64,000 nucleotides of DNA from NCBI GenBank assembly GCA_963725665.1, contig CAVRZA010000011.1:192001-256000 (forward strand), given 5' to 3'. The notes under the pieces were generated by a model, which was given only the letters and a program-made list of their open reading frames with translations, was not told the DNA's origin and searched no databases. Both the position numbers and the translations under genes were made by a program. Positions 19,516 through 29,335 of the stretch are shown in pieces. This stretch comes from an uncultured Actinomycetes bacterium (GTDB lineage Bacteria; Actinomycetota; Thermoleophilia; UBA2241). Position 1 is the first letter of the stretch; every line of letters begins with the position of its first letter.

Positions 19516-19553
19516 GGGCGTGCGGGCGAGCCGGGAGGCTCGCCCGCACGCCC
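19516..19553. terminator. Perfect 17-bp hairpin with GGGA loop
   Basis: gggcgtgcgggcgagcc-ggga-ggctcgcccgcacgccc. Confidence 0.65.
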
Positions 19554-19586
19554 CCTCGTGCCACAACGAGCGGCACGACGTGAACA

Positions 19587-19637
19587 GGAGTCGCCGGCGC
19601 CGGGTGGCCTTCAAGGCCACCCGGCGCCGGCGACTCC
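19587..19637. repeat. Perfect 25-bp inverted repeat
   Basis: ggagtcgccggcgccgggtggcctt-c-aaggccacccggcgccggcgactcc. Confidence 0.9.
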
Positions 19638-19657
19638 CTCCAGCGAAAGGAGCGCGA

Positions 19658-20413
19658 ATGGCAGAAGGCAGACTGGCAGGCCGCGTGGCTCTCATCACCG
19701 GCGGCAGCCGCGGCATCGGTGCCGCGATCGCGAAGGCATTCGCTCGCGAGGGGGCCAGGGTCGCATTCACCTACCACAAGCGCGCAGACGCGGCGCGCGA
19801 GGTCGTCGCGGTGATCGAGGCCGCCGGAGACGAGGCGCTCGCCATCCAGGCCGACGCCTCGCAGGTCGACGACGCCAGGCGCGCCGTCGACGAGACGGTG
19901 CATCGCTTCGGCCACATCAACATCCTCGTCAACAACGCCGGCGCCATCGGCGCCGAGTACACGGTGCAGGACATGCCCGTCGAGGAGTGGGATCGGCTTA
20001 TCGGCACGGACCTGCGCGGTGTCTTCCTGGCGACGAAGTTCGCCTTGCCGCACATGAAGACCGACCCGGTCGGCAAGATCATCAACATCAGCTCAGAGCT
20101 GTCGATCAAGGGTCGCCCGACGCAGGCCCACTACTGCGCGGCGAAGGGCGGCATCAACGGCTTCACGCGCGCCCTCCAGTGGGAGGTGGGGCCGGGCATC
20201 TGCGTGAACAGCCTGGCGCCCGGCCCGATAGCGACCGACCTCATCCTCGCCGACATGACGCCGGAGTGGATCGAGAAGGAGAAGGACATCCTCGCCGGCC
20301 GGCTCGGTGAGGTCGAGGAAATCGCGGAGCCGGCGGTCATGCTGGCCTCCGACGAAGGCAACTTCTTCATGGGTCAGTTCATCAGTCCCAACGGCGGCGC
20401 CGTCTTCACGTGA
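19658..20413 (+). CDS. SDR family oxidoreductase (FabG-like)
   Basis: TGGSRGIG, NNAG, HYCAAK, PGPIAT. Confidence 0.9.
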   Translation: MAEGRLAGRVALITGGSRGIGAAIAKAFAREGARVAFTYHKRADAAREVVAVIEAAGDEALAIQADASQVDDARRAVDETVHRFGHINILVNNAGAIGAEYTVQDMPVEEWDRLIGTDLRGVFLATKFALPHMKTDPVGKIINISSELSIKGRPTQAHYCAAKGGINGFTRALQWEVGPGICVNSLAPGPIATDLILADMTPEWIEKEKDILAGRLGEVEEIAEPAVMLASDEGNFFMGQFISPNGGAVFT

Positions 20414-20513
20414 GCCGCGAGGGACCGCGACCCAGAAAAGGCAGTGAACACCAGCACGCAGGGTGCCCTGTGACCGATGTGCACGCGCCTCTGGCGCCCG
20501 AAAGGGGTTGACG

Positions 20514-21571
20514 ATGATCACTGAAGGGCTCAAGGGACGCGACTTCATCACCCTGCGCGACTTCACCAGGGCCGAGATCGAGACCATGCTCGACGTGGGC
20601 CTCAAGCTCAAGGCGGACAGCGCGATGCGCGTCCGCCACCAGGACGTGCTGCCCGGACGCACGCTGCTGCATGATGTTCTTCAACCCCTCTCTGCGCACA
20701 CGCAACAGCTTCGAGGCCGGCATCTTCCAGCTCGGCGGGCACGCGCACTTCCTCGAGCCCTCCGCCACGCGCCTGCCCACCCTCGAGGGTGAGGACGTGC
20801 CCTATCAGTCGGAGCGCATCGCCGACGTCGCACGCGTGCTCTCGCGCATGGGCGACGCCATCGCCATCCGCATCCTGGGCGGCGCCGTCGACTGGCAGTA
20901 CGAGAAGTCGCTGCGCATCATCGAGGAGTTCGCCACGTACTCGAAGGTGCCGGTCATCAACATGGAGGACAACAAGTACCACCCCAACCAGGGCATGGCC
21001 GACGCGATGACGCTCTGGGAGCACCTCGGGCGCGACCTGCGCGGGCGCAAGCTGGGCGTCTCCTGGACCTACTCGCCCTCCACCAAGAAGCCCATCGCCC
21101 CGCATCACGACTTCATGTACGCGGCCAGCTTCTTCGGGCCCGACATCGTCTTCGCCCACCCGCCCGAGCTGCGCATCGACCCCGACGTCGGAGCAGGCGA
21201 TCAAGACCAACCTCGAGGCCAACGGCGGCTCCTACGAGGTCGTCGACGATATGGACGCCGCCTGCGAGGACGCCGACGTGGTCTACGCCAAGAACTACGT
21301 GGCGCTTGACCTGCTGCCTCCCGTGACGGCCGAGCCGCAGCACGACGAGATGGCACGCCTTTTCGAGAAGTACCGCGGTTGGATCGCCGACGAGCGGCGC
21401 ATGAGGCTCGCCAAGAAGACCGCCTTCTACATGCACTGCCTGCCCTGCGAACGTGGCTACGAGGTCGCCGATGCGGTGCTCGACGACCCGCAGTGGGGTA
21501 CGCCCTGCTACGACGAGGCCGAGAACCGGCTGCACGCGCAGAAGGGCGTCATGGCCTGCATCATCCCCTGA
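20514..21571 (+). CDS. Carbamoyltransferase 1, AOTCase/YgeW (knotted) type; frameshifts near 20668 and 21190
   Basis: [53 protein letters not shown]. Confidence 0.85.
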
Positions 21572-21681
21572 AGGAGCCGGCCGGCTCGCGAGCGCGCCGC
21601 GCTCGATGTCCGCTGCAGGGCGGCGAGAGCCGACGCCATTGAAGACCCCGCAAGAGGAGACCACCGAGGAGGGTGTCAAGC

Positions 21682-22729
21682 ATGCAGACGACCTCACTGA
21701 AGGGCCGTGACTTCATCGCCATCTCCGACTTCACCAGAGAGGAGATCGAGACGATCCTCGACACGGCCTTCGAGCTCAAGCTCGAGCGGGCCCGCGGTGT
21801 GCGCCACCATCTGCTCGAGGACGCCACGCTCTACATGATGTTCTACAACAAGAGCCTGCGCACTCGGAACAGCTTCGAGACCGGCATCCACCAGCTCGGC
21901 GGCCACGCCATCTACCTCGACTCCAACGCCGTCTACACACCGGCCGTCGAGGGCAAGGAGCAGGCCTTCGTGACCGAGCGTCTCGACGACGTCGCCAAGG
22001 TGCTCTCGCGCTACGGCGAGGCGATCGCCATCCGCATCTTCGGCGACCCCGTAGGCTGGCTGCACGGCGAGGCCAATGCCTACATGCGCGCCTTCGCCGA
22101 GGCCGCCGACATCCCCGTCATCAACATGGAAGACGACATGTACCACCCCTGCCAGGGCATCGCCGACCTGATGACGATGAAGGAGAAGCTGGGCAGCCTC
22201 GAGAGACGCAAGGTCGTCGTGAGCTGGGCCTACTCGCCCTCGCGCAAGAAGCCCGTCAGCGTGCCGCACTCGATGATGCAGGTGAGCTCGCTCTTCGGGG
22301 CCGACGTGGTCTTCGCCCGCCCGCACGGTTTCGAGCTCGATCCGGCGCAGATCGCGAAGGCCAAGGACAACGTCTCGCGCTACGGCGGCTCGTTCGAGGA
22401 GACCGACGACATGCGCGCCGCCTTCGAGGGCGCCGACGTGGTCTATCCCAAGTGCTGGCCGGCCATCCAGTTCATGGCCGGGCCCGGCAAGGAGGCCGAC
22501 TGGGAGGCCCAGGATGAGCTCTTCGAGGCCAACCGAGGCTGGATCGCCGACGAGGAGATCATGAAGCTCACGAAGCGCGACTGTCTCTACATGCACTGCC
22601 TGCCCTGCGACCGCGGCTATGAGGTGACCGACGCCGGTCATCGACGGTCCTCACTCCGTGGTCTACGACCAGGCCGAGAACCGCATGCACGGCCAGAAGG
22701 CCGTCATGGCGCTCACCATGAGGGGATGA
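21682..22729 (+). CDS. Carbamoyltransferase 2, AOTCase/YgeW (knotted) type; frameshift near 22637
   Basis: [58 protein letters not shown]. Confidence 0.87.
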
Positions 22730-22738
22730 GGCTCCACC

Positions 22739-23621
22739 ATGGCTGACGAGACGAGGACGCGCGGCGAAGAGCTGCGCCAGTACAACGCCTGCGGACCGCG
22801 TGCGCAAGCTCCTGCTCTGCCCGCCCGACCTACTACCGCGAGCTCGAGATCTCGGAGATCGCCCACCGCACGGTCCAGGGCGGCGAGGTCGTCGACCTGC
22901 GTGTCGCCGAACCCGATGCACGAGGGTCTGGCGCGGGCCCTCGAGGAGGCCGGCATCGAGCTCGCCTGGGAGGAGCCGCACCCCGACCACGCCTGGCAGG
23001 TCTACACGCGCGACTTCGGCGTCAACACGCCGGCCGGGGTGCTGATCGGCAAGTACCGCTACGAGCCGCGCTGGGGCGACGAGGAGTTCGCCATCGCGGC
23101 CCTGACGAAGCTCGGCGTCGACATCGCCGGTCGCGTGTCTCGGGGCGCCGTCGAGGGCGGCGACTGCTGGCTGCTCGACGAGTCGACGCTCGTCATCGGC
23201 GCCGGCAACCGCTCCAACCTCGAGGGCATCGAGAACGCCGCCGAGATCCTGCAAGCCGCACGGCATCGACGTGGTGCCAGTGGAGTTCGACCCCACGTGG
23301 AACCACCTCGACATGATCTTCCGCGTGCTCGCAGAGAAGCTCGCTATGTACGGCGAGGCCGGTCTGCCGGCGAGCTACGTGCGCTTCCTCAAGGACTGCG
23401 GCTGGCGGCTCATCCCCCTGCCCGAGGAGCAGGTCATGAAGACGGGCTGCAACGTACTCGCGCTCGGTGAGGGACGCATCCTCTCCTTCGCCGAGAACGA
23501 GGCCGTCAACGAGCTGCTCGTGGCCGAGGGCTTCGCGCTCGTGGCGCCGCCGCTGCGCGAGTTCACCAAGATGGGCGGCGGGCCGCACTGCCTGACCTTC
23601 GAGGTGCAGCGCGACCGGTAG
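22739..23621 (+). CDS. Amidinotransferase / dimethylargininase / deiminase (pentein) family protein; frameshifted
   Basis: LLCPP, YTRD, EGGD, HLD, GCNVLAL, GGGPHCLT. Confidence 0.85.
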
Positions 23622-23718
23622 ACGAGAGCTTGGCAGATCCGCGGGGGCGCGCGGCGCAACCCGAAGGGACACGCCGCCCGCCCCTTGAGCCTTTCGAGAC
23701 GAACGGGAGTCAGCAACT

Positions 23719-24156
23719 ATGAGCACGACGGCGCTCATCGTGATGGCGGTCGCATTCTACGTCGTGTTCGCCGTCTCGAACTCGCAGGCGGGAGGCCATA
23801 TCGACGCCAGCCTGAGCTCCGTCATCTTCAACGGCCTCGGAGCGCTGCTTCCTCTCGCCTTCTACCTGGCCACCCGCGTCGGGCGCCCCGAACGGCTCGT
23901 CCCGACGCGACCCTCGGGCCTTGCCTACTCTGTCGTGGCCGGCGTCGCCGTCGCGGCCTTCTCCGTCGTCCTGATCACGATCTACGGGCGCGGCGGCTCC
24001 CTCTCCTACGTCTTCCCCACCGTCTACGGGGCAGCGGTAGCGCTCACCGCGGTGGTCGGCTGGCTGGTGCTCCGCGAGGCGTTCTCGCCGCTGCACGCGC
24101 TCGGAGTCATGGCCATCGTCGGCGGCATCGTCCTCCTCGCCTTGCCGGCCAAGTAG
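23719..24156 (+). CDS. Small DMT/EamA-like membrane protein
   Basis: About 5 hydrophobic segments, C-terminal LREAF...LGV..IVGG. Confidence 0.7.
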   Translation: MSTTALIVMAVAFYVVFAVSNSQAGGHIDASLSSVIFNGLGALLPLAFYLATRVGRPERLVPTRPSGLAYSVVAGVAVAAFSVVLITIYGRGGSLSYVFPTVYGAAVALTAVVGWLVLREAFSPLHALGVMAIVGGIVLLALPAK

Positions 24157-24210
24157 CACTCCGGCCGCCAATCGGAGGTGGCGCATCGGCGCCTCCAGAG
24201 AGTCGGCAGA

Positions 24211-25044
24211 TCAGGCCAGCCCGAGCGCTGTGACGGCGGCGATCGTCAGCGCGACGCCGGCGAGCTGGTGAGCCGCCGGCCGCTCACGAAAGACCACGAG
24301 CCCCAGAATCACGGCGAAGGTGGCGAACTGCGCGATCATGACGGAGGCCACGGCGACAGAGCCTGACGTCAGCGCCGTCGCCGAGAGGATGAGGCCGAAG
24401 GCTTCGCACAGGCCCGGCAGCGGCGCCAGCCGGCGCAGGCCCGGCTGGGGAAGAAGGGCCCCACGCCGCACCAGCAGCAGCGGCAGCACGACGGCCAGCG
24501 CGACGACGCGCGAGACCGCCACGGCGCTCACCGGGGCGATGGCGTCGGCGTGTGCGTAGAGCAGGAAGGTGACGCCGAAGACGGCCGCCGCGAACAGCGC
24601 CCACGGCGCCCCGGCTGCCGTCCTGCGCCCCCTTTCGCTGGCGGCGAGCACGCCGCCGGCGACTGCCGCCGCTAGAGCGACGGCCGTCGCCGGCGCGAGC
24701 CGCTCGCCGAGACCGAACGAGATCGCTGCCGCGAAGGCTCCCTCGAGCGCCGTCAGGGGAGCCACGATCGACAGGCTGCCGCGCTCGAGGCCCCTGAGCA
24801 GCGAGCCGAAGGCGATCACGTAGAGCGCACCGGCCACGGCCGCCGAGCCGATCGCCCGCCACTCCGCAGCGGCGTGCGGCAGACCGTCGGTCAGCAGAGC
24901 CGGCGGCAGTGCGACGACGACGCCGACGGCCAGGATCCAGAACAGCACGGAGAGCACCGGGGCGCGCCTGACGACACGCGCCGCGGAGAAGTCGCCGAAG
25001 GCGAAGACGACGGCCGCCAGGAGGCCAAGGGCGACGGTGAGCAC
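24211..25044 (-). CDS. DMT/EamA family transporter
   Basis: GSLSIVAPL, GERL, FRERP; about 10 TM segments. Confidence 0.85.
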   Translation of the reverse strand: MLTVALGLLAAVVFAFGDFSAARVVRRAPVLSVLFWILAVGVVVALPPALLTDGLPHAAAEWRAIGSAAVAGALYVIAFGSLLRGLERGSLSIVAPLTALEGAFAAAISFGLGERLAPATAVALAAAVAGGVLAASERGRRTAAGAPWALFAAAVFGVTFLLYAHADAIAPVSAVAVSRVVALAVVLPLLLVRRGALLPQPGLRRLAPLPGLCEAFGLILSATALTSGSVAVASVMIAQFATFAVILGLVVFRERPAAHQLAGVALTIAAVTALGLA

Positions 25045-25056
25045 AGCGCCGCCGCC

Positions 25057-25908
25057 CTACGCGACGGCGGCTAGGATCGTCACGGCGACGAGCGTCAGCG
25101 CGATGCCGAGCAACTGAGTGCGCGCCGGTCGCTCGCGCAGCAAGACCATGCCGAGGACGACGGCCATAGTGCCCGTCTGCGCCACGACGATGCCGACGAC
25201 CGAGAGCGGACCCAGCGAGGTCGCGGTGGCGAACGTGAGGATCGCTACCGTGTCGAGGAGGCCGCAAGCGACCACGCGGCGGCGGAACGGACGCGCCACC
25301 TTCCAGGTGCCGCGCAGGATGGCCAGCGGCAGAAGCAACACGACCGTCGCCAAGCCGGCGAACAGGGCCACGCCGACCGGCGGCAGCGCCGAGGCCTCGC
25401 CGAAACAGATGGTGACGAGCCCGAACGCGGCCGCCGCCGCCACGGCCCAGCCGGTCCCGGCGGCGGCTGACCGCGGCCGTCCGCCGTCGGCGTCCGGCTC
25501 GAGCGAGGTCAGCGCACTGCCGACGAGCGCCAGCGGCAGGCCGATCCACACGGCGCGCGCGACCGGCTGCCCGATCAGGAGCACGAAGACCACGGTGAAG
25601 GCGCTCGAGAGCGAGCCCAGGGGGGAGAGCACTGACAGCTTGCCGCGGCTGAGCGCCGTGAGCCAGGCGGTGAAGGCGGCGACCTCGAGCGTGCCGCCCA
25701 GGGCGGCCAGACCGGCGGCACGCCATTGGTCGCCGCCTGAGGGCAGGCTCCCGACGGCCAGGAAGATGACGACCAGACCCGCCAGGGCGACGACCCGGAT
25801 CCAGAGGACTCCCGCGATCGCCGCGGTCGCGCGCGCCACGGGCATGAGAAGGAAGTCCTGCAGCGCGTAGTTGAACGCGGTCGTGAGCCCGAGCAGAACG
25901 GTCAGCAT
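25057..25908 (-). CDS. DMT/EamA family transporter
   Basis: GKLSVLSPL, LRERP; paralog of the neighbour. Confidence 0.85.
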   Translation of the reverse strand: MLTVLLGLTTAFNYALQDFLLMPVARATAAIAGVLWIRVVALAGLVVIFLAVGSLPSGGDQWRAAGLAALGGTLEVAAFTAWLTALSRGKLSVLSPLGSLSSAFTVVFVLLIGQPVARAVWIGLPLALVGSALTSLEPDADGGRPRSAAAGTGWAVAAAAAFGLVTICFGEASALPPVGVALFAGLATVVLLLPLAILRGTWKVARPFRRRVVACGLLDTVAILTFATATSLGPLSVVGIVVAQTGTMAVVLGMVLLRERPARTQLLGIALTLVAVTILAAVA

Positions 25909-25954
25909 CGCATTCTCACGCTCACGGCCGGTGGTCGAGGATCGGGTGGGTGGA

Positions 25955-26000
25955 GGGCGCGGGCCTAGGGTCCGCGTCCGCGGACCCTAGGCCCGCGCCC
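25955..26000. terminator. Perfect 22-bp hairpin overlapping the fprA stop
   Basis: gggcgcgggcctagggtccgcg-tc-cgcggaccctaggcccgcgccc. Confidence 0.7.
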
Positions 26001-27168
26001 CGAAGAGCTCCCCGTGTTTGGCCGCGATGCCCTCGGCCAAACGATCAAGCGCCGCGTAGTCCTCCGTGCGCGGCAAGCCCTTGCACATCACCGGCTCGAA
26101 GAACTCGGCCTTCACGTGGGGCATCAGCCCGGCGAGCTGGTCGACCGTCTTGCCTCCCCAGCCGTACGAGCCGACGATGGCAGCGTACTTCATCTTCGGC
26201 TTCAACGCGTTGGTCAGAAACGCCGCCGTAGCGGCCGCAGGATGCGGGCCGCCGAGCACCGTCGGTGTGCCGATGACCACGGTGGCCGCATCGACCAGAG
26301 CGGTGGCGAGCTTGCCCGTGTCGACCGACGCGAGATCGAAGCGCTCGACGCCGACGCCACGTGCAGCGAGCCCGTCGACGAGGCGGTCGACCATGTGCCG
26401 CGTGCTGTCGTGCATCGACACGTAGACGATCACGGCGAGGTTCTTGGGCTCGTCCGACACCCAGTCCCGGTAGGCGTCGATGATGAACGCCGGCTTGTCG
26501 TAGACGGGCCCATGCGAGGGAGCGATGAACTTGATCTTGTAGCCGTCGAGCTTGTCGAGGTTCTTCTGGATGATGTTGCGGAAGGGCATCATGATCTCGG
26601 CGAAGTAACGCTTCGCCGGTTCGTAGACGCGGCGCTCCTCGGCGAAGAGGTCGGTGGTGGCGAGGTGGGAGCCGAAGAAGTCGCAACTGAGAAGGAGCTT
26701 CTCCTGCTGCACGTAGGTCGACATGGTCTCCGGCCAATGCACCCATGGGGTGTACAGGAACTTCAGCGTCAGATCGCCGAGCGAAAGGCTCTCGCCGTCG
26801 GCCACCGGCGAGAAGCGCTCGTCGGGCAGGTGAAGCAGATCGATGAGCATCCCCTTGCAGCGCTCCGAGCAGACGATCTTCGCCTTTGGATAGCGCTCGA
26901 GCACCGCGGCCAGTGAGCCGGAGTGGTCCTGCTCGGCGTGGTTGGCCACGATGTAGTCGACCCTGTCGATGCCCTCGAGCTGCTCGAGCAGCACCCCGGT
27001 GAAAGCCGGGTCGACCGTCTCGACGAGCGCCGTCTTGTCGCTGCCGAAGACTAAGTAGGCGTTGTAGCTCGTGCCGTCGGGGATGGGGATGAGCGCGTCA
27101 AAGAGCCGCCGATCCCAATCGACTGCGCCGACGAGCGAGACCCTGTCGGTGATCTTGCGAGCCTTCAT
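25987..27168 (-). CDS. fprA: Flavodiiron protein (FprA, O2/NO reductase)
   Basis: GTSYNAYL, NHAEQDHSG, HWPETM, CDFFG, PSHG, flavodoxin GSYGWGG. Confidence 0.95.
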   Translation of the reverse strand: MKARKITDRVSLVGAVDWDRRLFDALIPIPDGTSYNAYLVFGSDKTALVETVDPAFTGVLLEQLEGIDRVDYIVANHAEQDHSGSLAAVLERYPKAKIVCSERCKGMLIDLLHLPDERFSPVADGESLSLGDLTLKFLYTPWVHWPETMSTYVQQEKLLLSCDFFGSHLATTDLFAEERRVYEPAKRYFAEIMMPFRNIIQKNLDKLDGYKIKFIAPSHGPVYDKPAFIIDAYRDWVSDEPKNLAVIVYVSMHDSTRHMVDRLVDGLAARGVGVERFDLASVDTGKLATALVDAATVVIGTPTVLGGPHPAAATAAFLTNALKPKMKYAAIVGSYGWGGKTVDQLAGLMPHVKAEFFEPVMCKGLPRTEDYAALDRLAEGIAAKHGELFGARA

Positions 27169-27201
27169 GGCACCCCTCTAAGGATCGACTGCGACTGGGG
27201 A

Positions 27202-27864
27202 CTAGGCTATCCGCCACCCGCTGTCGTGTCGAGCACGCCTCCCCAAGGGACGCCGCAGCACCCGCCTCGGTCCTTCCCTGGCCGTTCGGTTTCCGACTTT
27301 CGGTGGCTGCGCCGACGCGCGCCCCGGCACACGCTTCGCCGAGGGTCCCCGCGCTCTTGACCGCGCGCCGTCACTGTCGCCCGCGCACGGTGTAAGCCGC
27401 TGGGCCTCGACCAGGCGCCAGAGGAGCTCGGCAAGCCTCCAACGCTCGTGCGGGCGCCACTCGGCGAGCTTGAGGCTGAGATCGGACGCGCGTGCTTGCC
27501 GGATCTGCCGCAGCGCGTTGAGCCCTTCGACCGTGAGGCGCACGCGCCAAACGCGATGATCTCTGGGGTCACGCGCGGCGTAGATGAGACGATCGCGATG
27601 CAGGCGAGCGAGGTGGCGCGACAACGTCGTCTTGTCGATGCGCAGGTTGCGCGCCAGGTGGGTGGGCGTCGGAGACGTGACGATGTCGATTTCGTTGAGG
27701 ACGGCGTAGCGCACGGGCGTGAGCCGCCACGCCGCGAAGGCCAGCGGCAGGCCGGCGTTGCGCAGCGAAACGATGTAGGGGCGGGGCTTGACGGCGGCGA
27801 AGACCAGGGCCGTCAGCGCCGCCTCGATCATCGCCTCGAGGTTGTCGCGCTCGCGAGGGTGCAC
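27202..27864 (-). CDS. MarR family transcriptional regulator
   Basis: LARNLRIDKTTLSRHLARL...DHR...LTVEG winged HTH. Confidence 0.7.
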   Translation of the reverse strand: MHPRERDNLEAMIEAALTALVFAAVKPRPYIVSLRNAGLPLAFAAWRLTPVRYAVLNEIDIVTSPTPTHLARNLRIDKTTLSRHLARLHRDRLIYAARDPRDHRVWRVRLTVEGLNALRQIRQARASDLSLKLAEWRPHERWRLAELLWRLVEAQRLTPCAGDSDGARSRARGPSAKRVPGRASAQPPKVGNRTAREGPRRVLRRPLGRRARHDSGWRIA

Positions 27865-28062
27865 GCGCTCCAGCGTAGCCGCATGCGGGTTGTTGCGAGA
27901 AGTAGGGGACGGGGTGGGTGTGGTGGCTGTTTCAGGCAGTTGGCATATACAACCACCTGAAACGGCGAATCACCACCACCGGCCGAGCTCGGAGGCGGCG
28001 CCGCAGAAGGGAAGCTGCGTTGGGGCGCGGAAGAAGCGAGCGAGGTCCGCAGCCCTCGAGCC

Positions 28063-29280
28063 CTACAGCTCGTTCACGAGCTGCTCGAGGAAGAGGCCGA
28101 CGTCGGTGACGATGCCGATGGTCTGGAAGCTGCCGCGGTCGGCCAGTTTCGTCACGACCGCGGGGTTGATGTCGACGCAGACGGTGAGCACCGAGGCGGG
28201 CAGCAGGTTGCCCGTGGCGATAGAGTGCAGCATGCTCGAGAGCATGAGGCAGGCGCCGGCGTCCTGGCAGTAGGGGCGCATCGCCTGCTGGGCGCCGACG
28301 ACGTCGCTGATCACTTCCGGGAGCGGACCGTCGTCGCGGATCGACCCGGCGAGCACGAAGGGCGTGCCGGTCGTCACCAACGTGTGCATCAAACCGGTCT
28401 TGAGCACGCCCTGCTCGACCGCCTGCCGGATGCCGCCGCAGCGCCGCACGGTGTTGATGGCGCGCAGGTGATGCTCGTGGCCGCCGGGCGCCGGCGTCCC
28501 CTCGGTGAGCGAGACGCCGAGCGAGGTGCCGAAGAGCGCGGACTCGATGTCGTGGGTCGCCACCGCGTTGCCGCCAAAGAGCACGTCGACGTAGCCCAGC
28601 TTCACGAGGCGCGCGAGGTGGCCGTGCGCGCCGGTGTGCACCACGGCAGGCCCCACGACGGCGATGATCTTGCGTTCCTGTTCCTTGCTGCGTCTCAGCA
28701 GCCGCGCCACCTCGTGGATGATCTGCGCCTTGGGCTTCTCAGAGGACACCGCTGAGGCCATGAACTCGAACGGCTGGCTCTCGCGCGGGCGTTCGAGGGG
28801 CACGACGCGGAGGCCGCGGCGACCGACGACCAGTCGGTCGCCGCGGCGCACGTCGCTCATCGGTATCGTCTCGGCCGTGCGGCCCGCCGCATCGACCTTG
28901 ACGCCGCAGTCCATTTCCGGCCTCTCCACACGCACCCACTGCCCGCCGAGGCGCACGTACGTCTCGAGGTTCGTGGTCGAGTAGAACTCGTCGGGGAACA
29001 CTCCGTCGGTCGGCGCCTCGGCGAGCTCGGCGTCGTGCGGTTCCACAGAGACGGCGCCGTGCTCTTGGATCGCCTCGAGGATCATCTCGAGGTGCGCTTG
29101 GTCGCGCCCGAAAACACGCAGCACGGCGGTCGAGATGTCCGTCTTGGTGCGCCCGACCTCGAACGACAGGATCTCGTACTCCCCCTCGAGATCCATGATG
29201 TCGTCCATGATCCGCGGGACGAGCAGTGAGTCGATCAGGTGGCCCTGGATGCGGACGTCCTCGTAGAGCTTGCGCGGCAT
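28063..29280 (-). CDS. TIGR00300 / LOR-SDH family protein (AgrE/ArgZ C-terminal-like ornithine cyclodeaminase)
   Basis: GHLIDS, FYSTTN, EMDC, FEFM..VSSEKP, GPAVVHTG, LAGSIRDDGPLP, MLHSIATGN, KLADRGS. Confidence 0.9.
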   Translation of the reverse strand: MPRKLYEDVRIQGHLIDSLLVPRIMDDIMDLEGEYEILSFEVGRTKTDISTAVLRVFGRDQAHLEMILEAIQEHGAVSVEPHDAELAEAPTDGVFPDEFYSTTNLETYVRLGGQWVRVERPEMDCGVKVDAAGRTAETIPMSDVRRGDRLVVGRRGLRVVPLERPRESQPFEFMASAVSSEKPKAQIIHEVARLLRRSKEQERKIIAVVGPAVVHTGAHGHLARLVKLGYVDVLFGGNAVATHDIESALFGTSLGVSLTEGTPAPGGHEHHLRAINTVRRCGGIRQAVEQGVLKTGLMHTLVTTGTPFVLAGSIRDDGPLPEVISDVVGAQQAMRPYCQDAGACLMLSSMLHSIATGNLLPASVLTVCVDINPAVVTKLADRGSFQTIGIVTDVGLFLEQLVNEL

Positions 29281-29335
29281 GGGTCGCTCCTCTGTCAGCG
29301 TGCCGGCGTCGAGGTTGGCGCAGGGCCGGTCGACG

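Noticed and set aside
20514-22729. Ordinary argF/arcB ornithine carbamoyltransferases
   Set aside because: They lack the DxxxSMG ornithine loop and carry the YgeW/AOTCase WxYSPS..KP loop
18165-23270. Programmed ribosomal frameshifting
   Set aside because: Shifts are numerous, in both directions and lack slippery heptamers; sequencing indels are more likely
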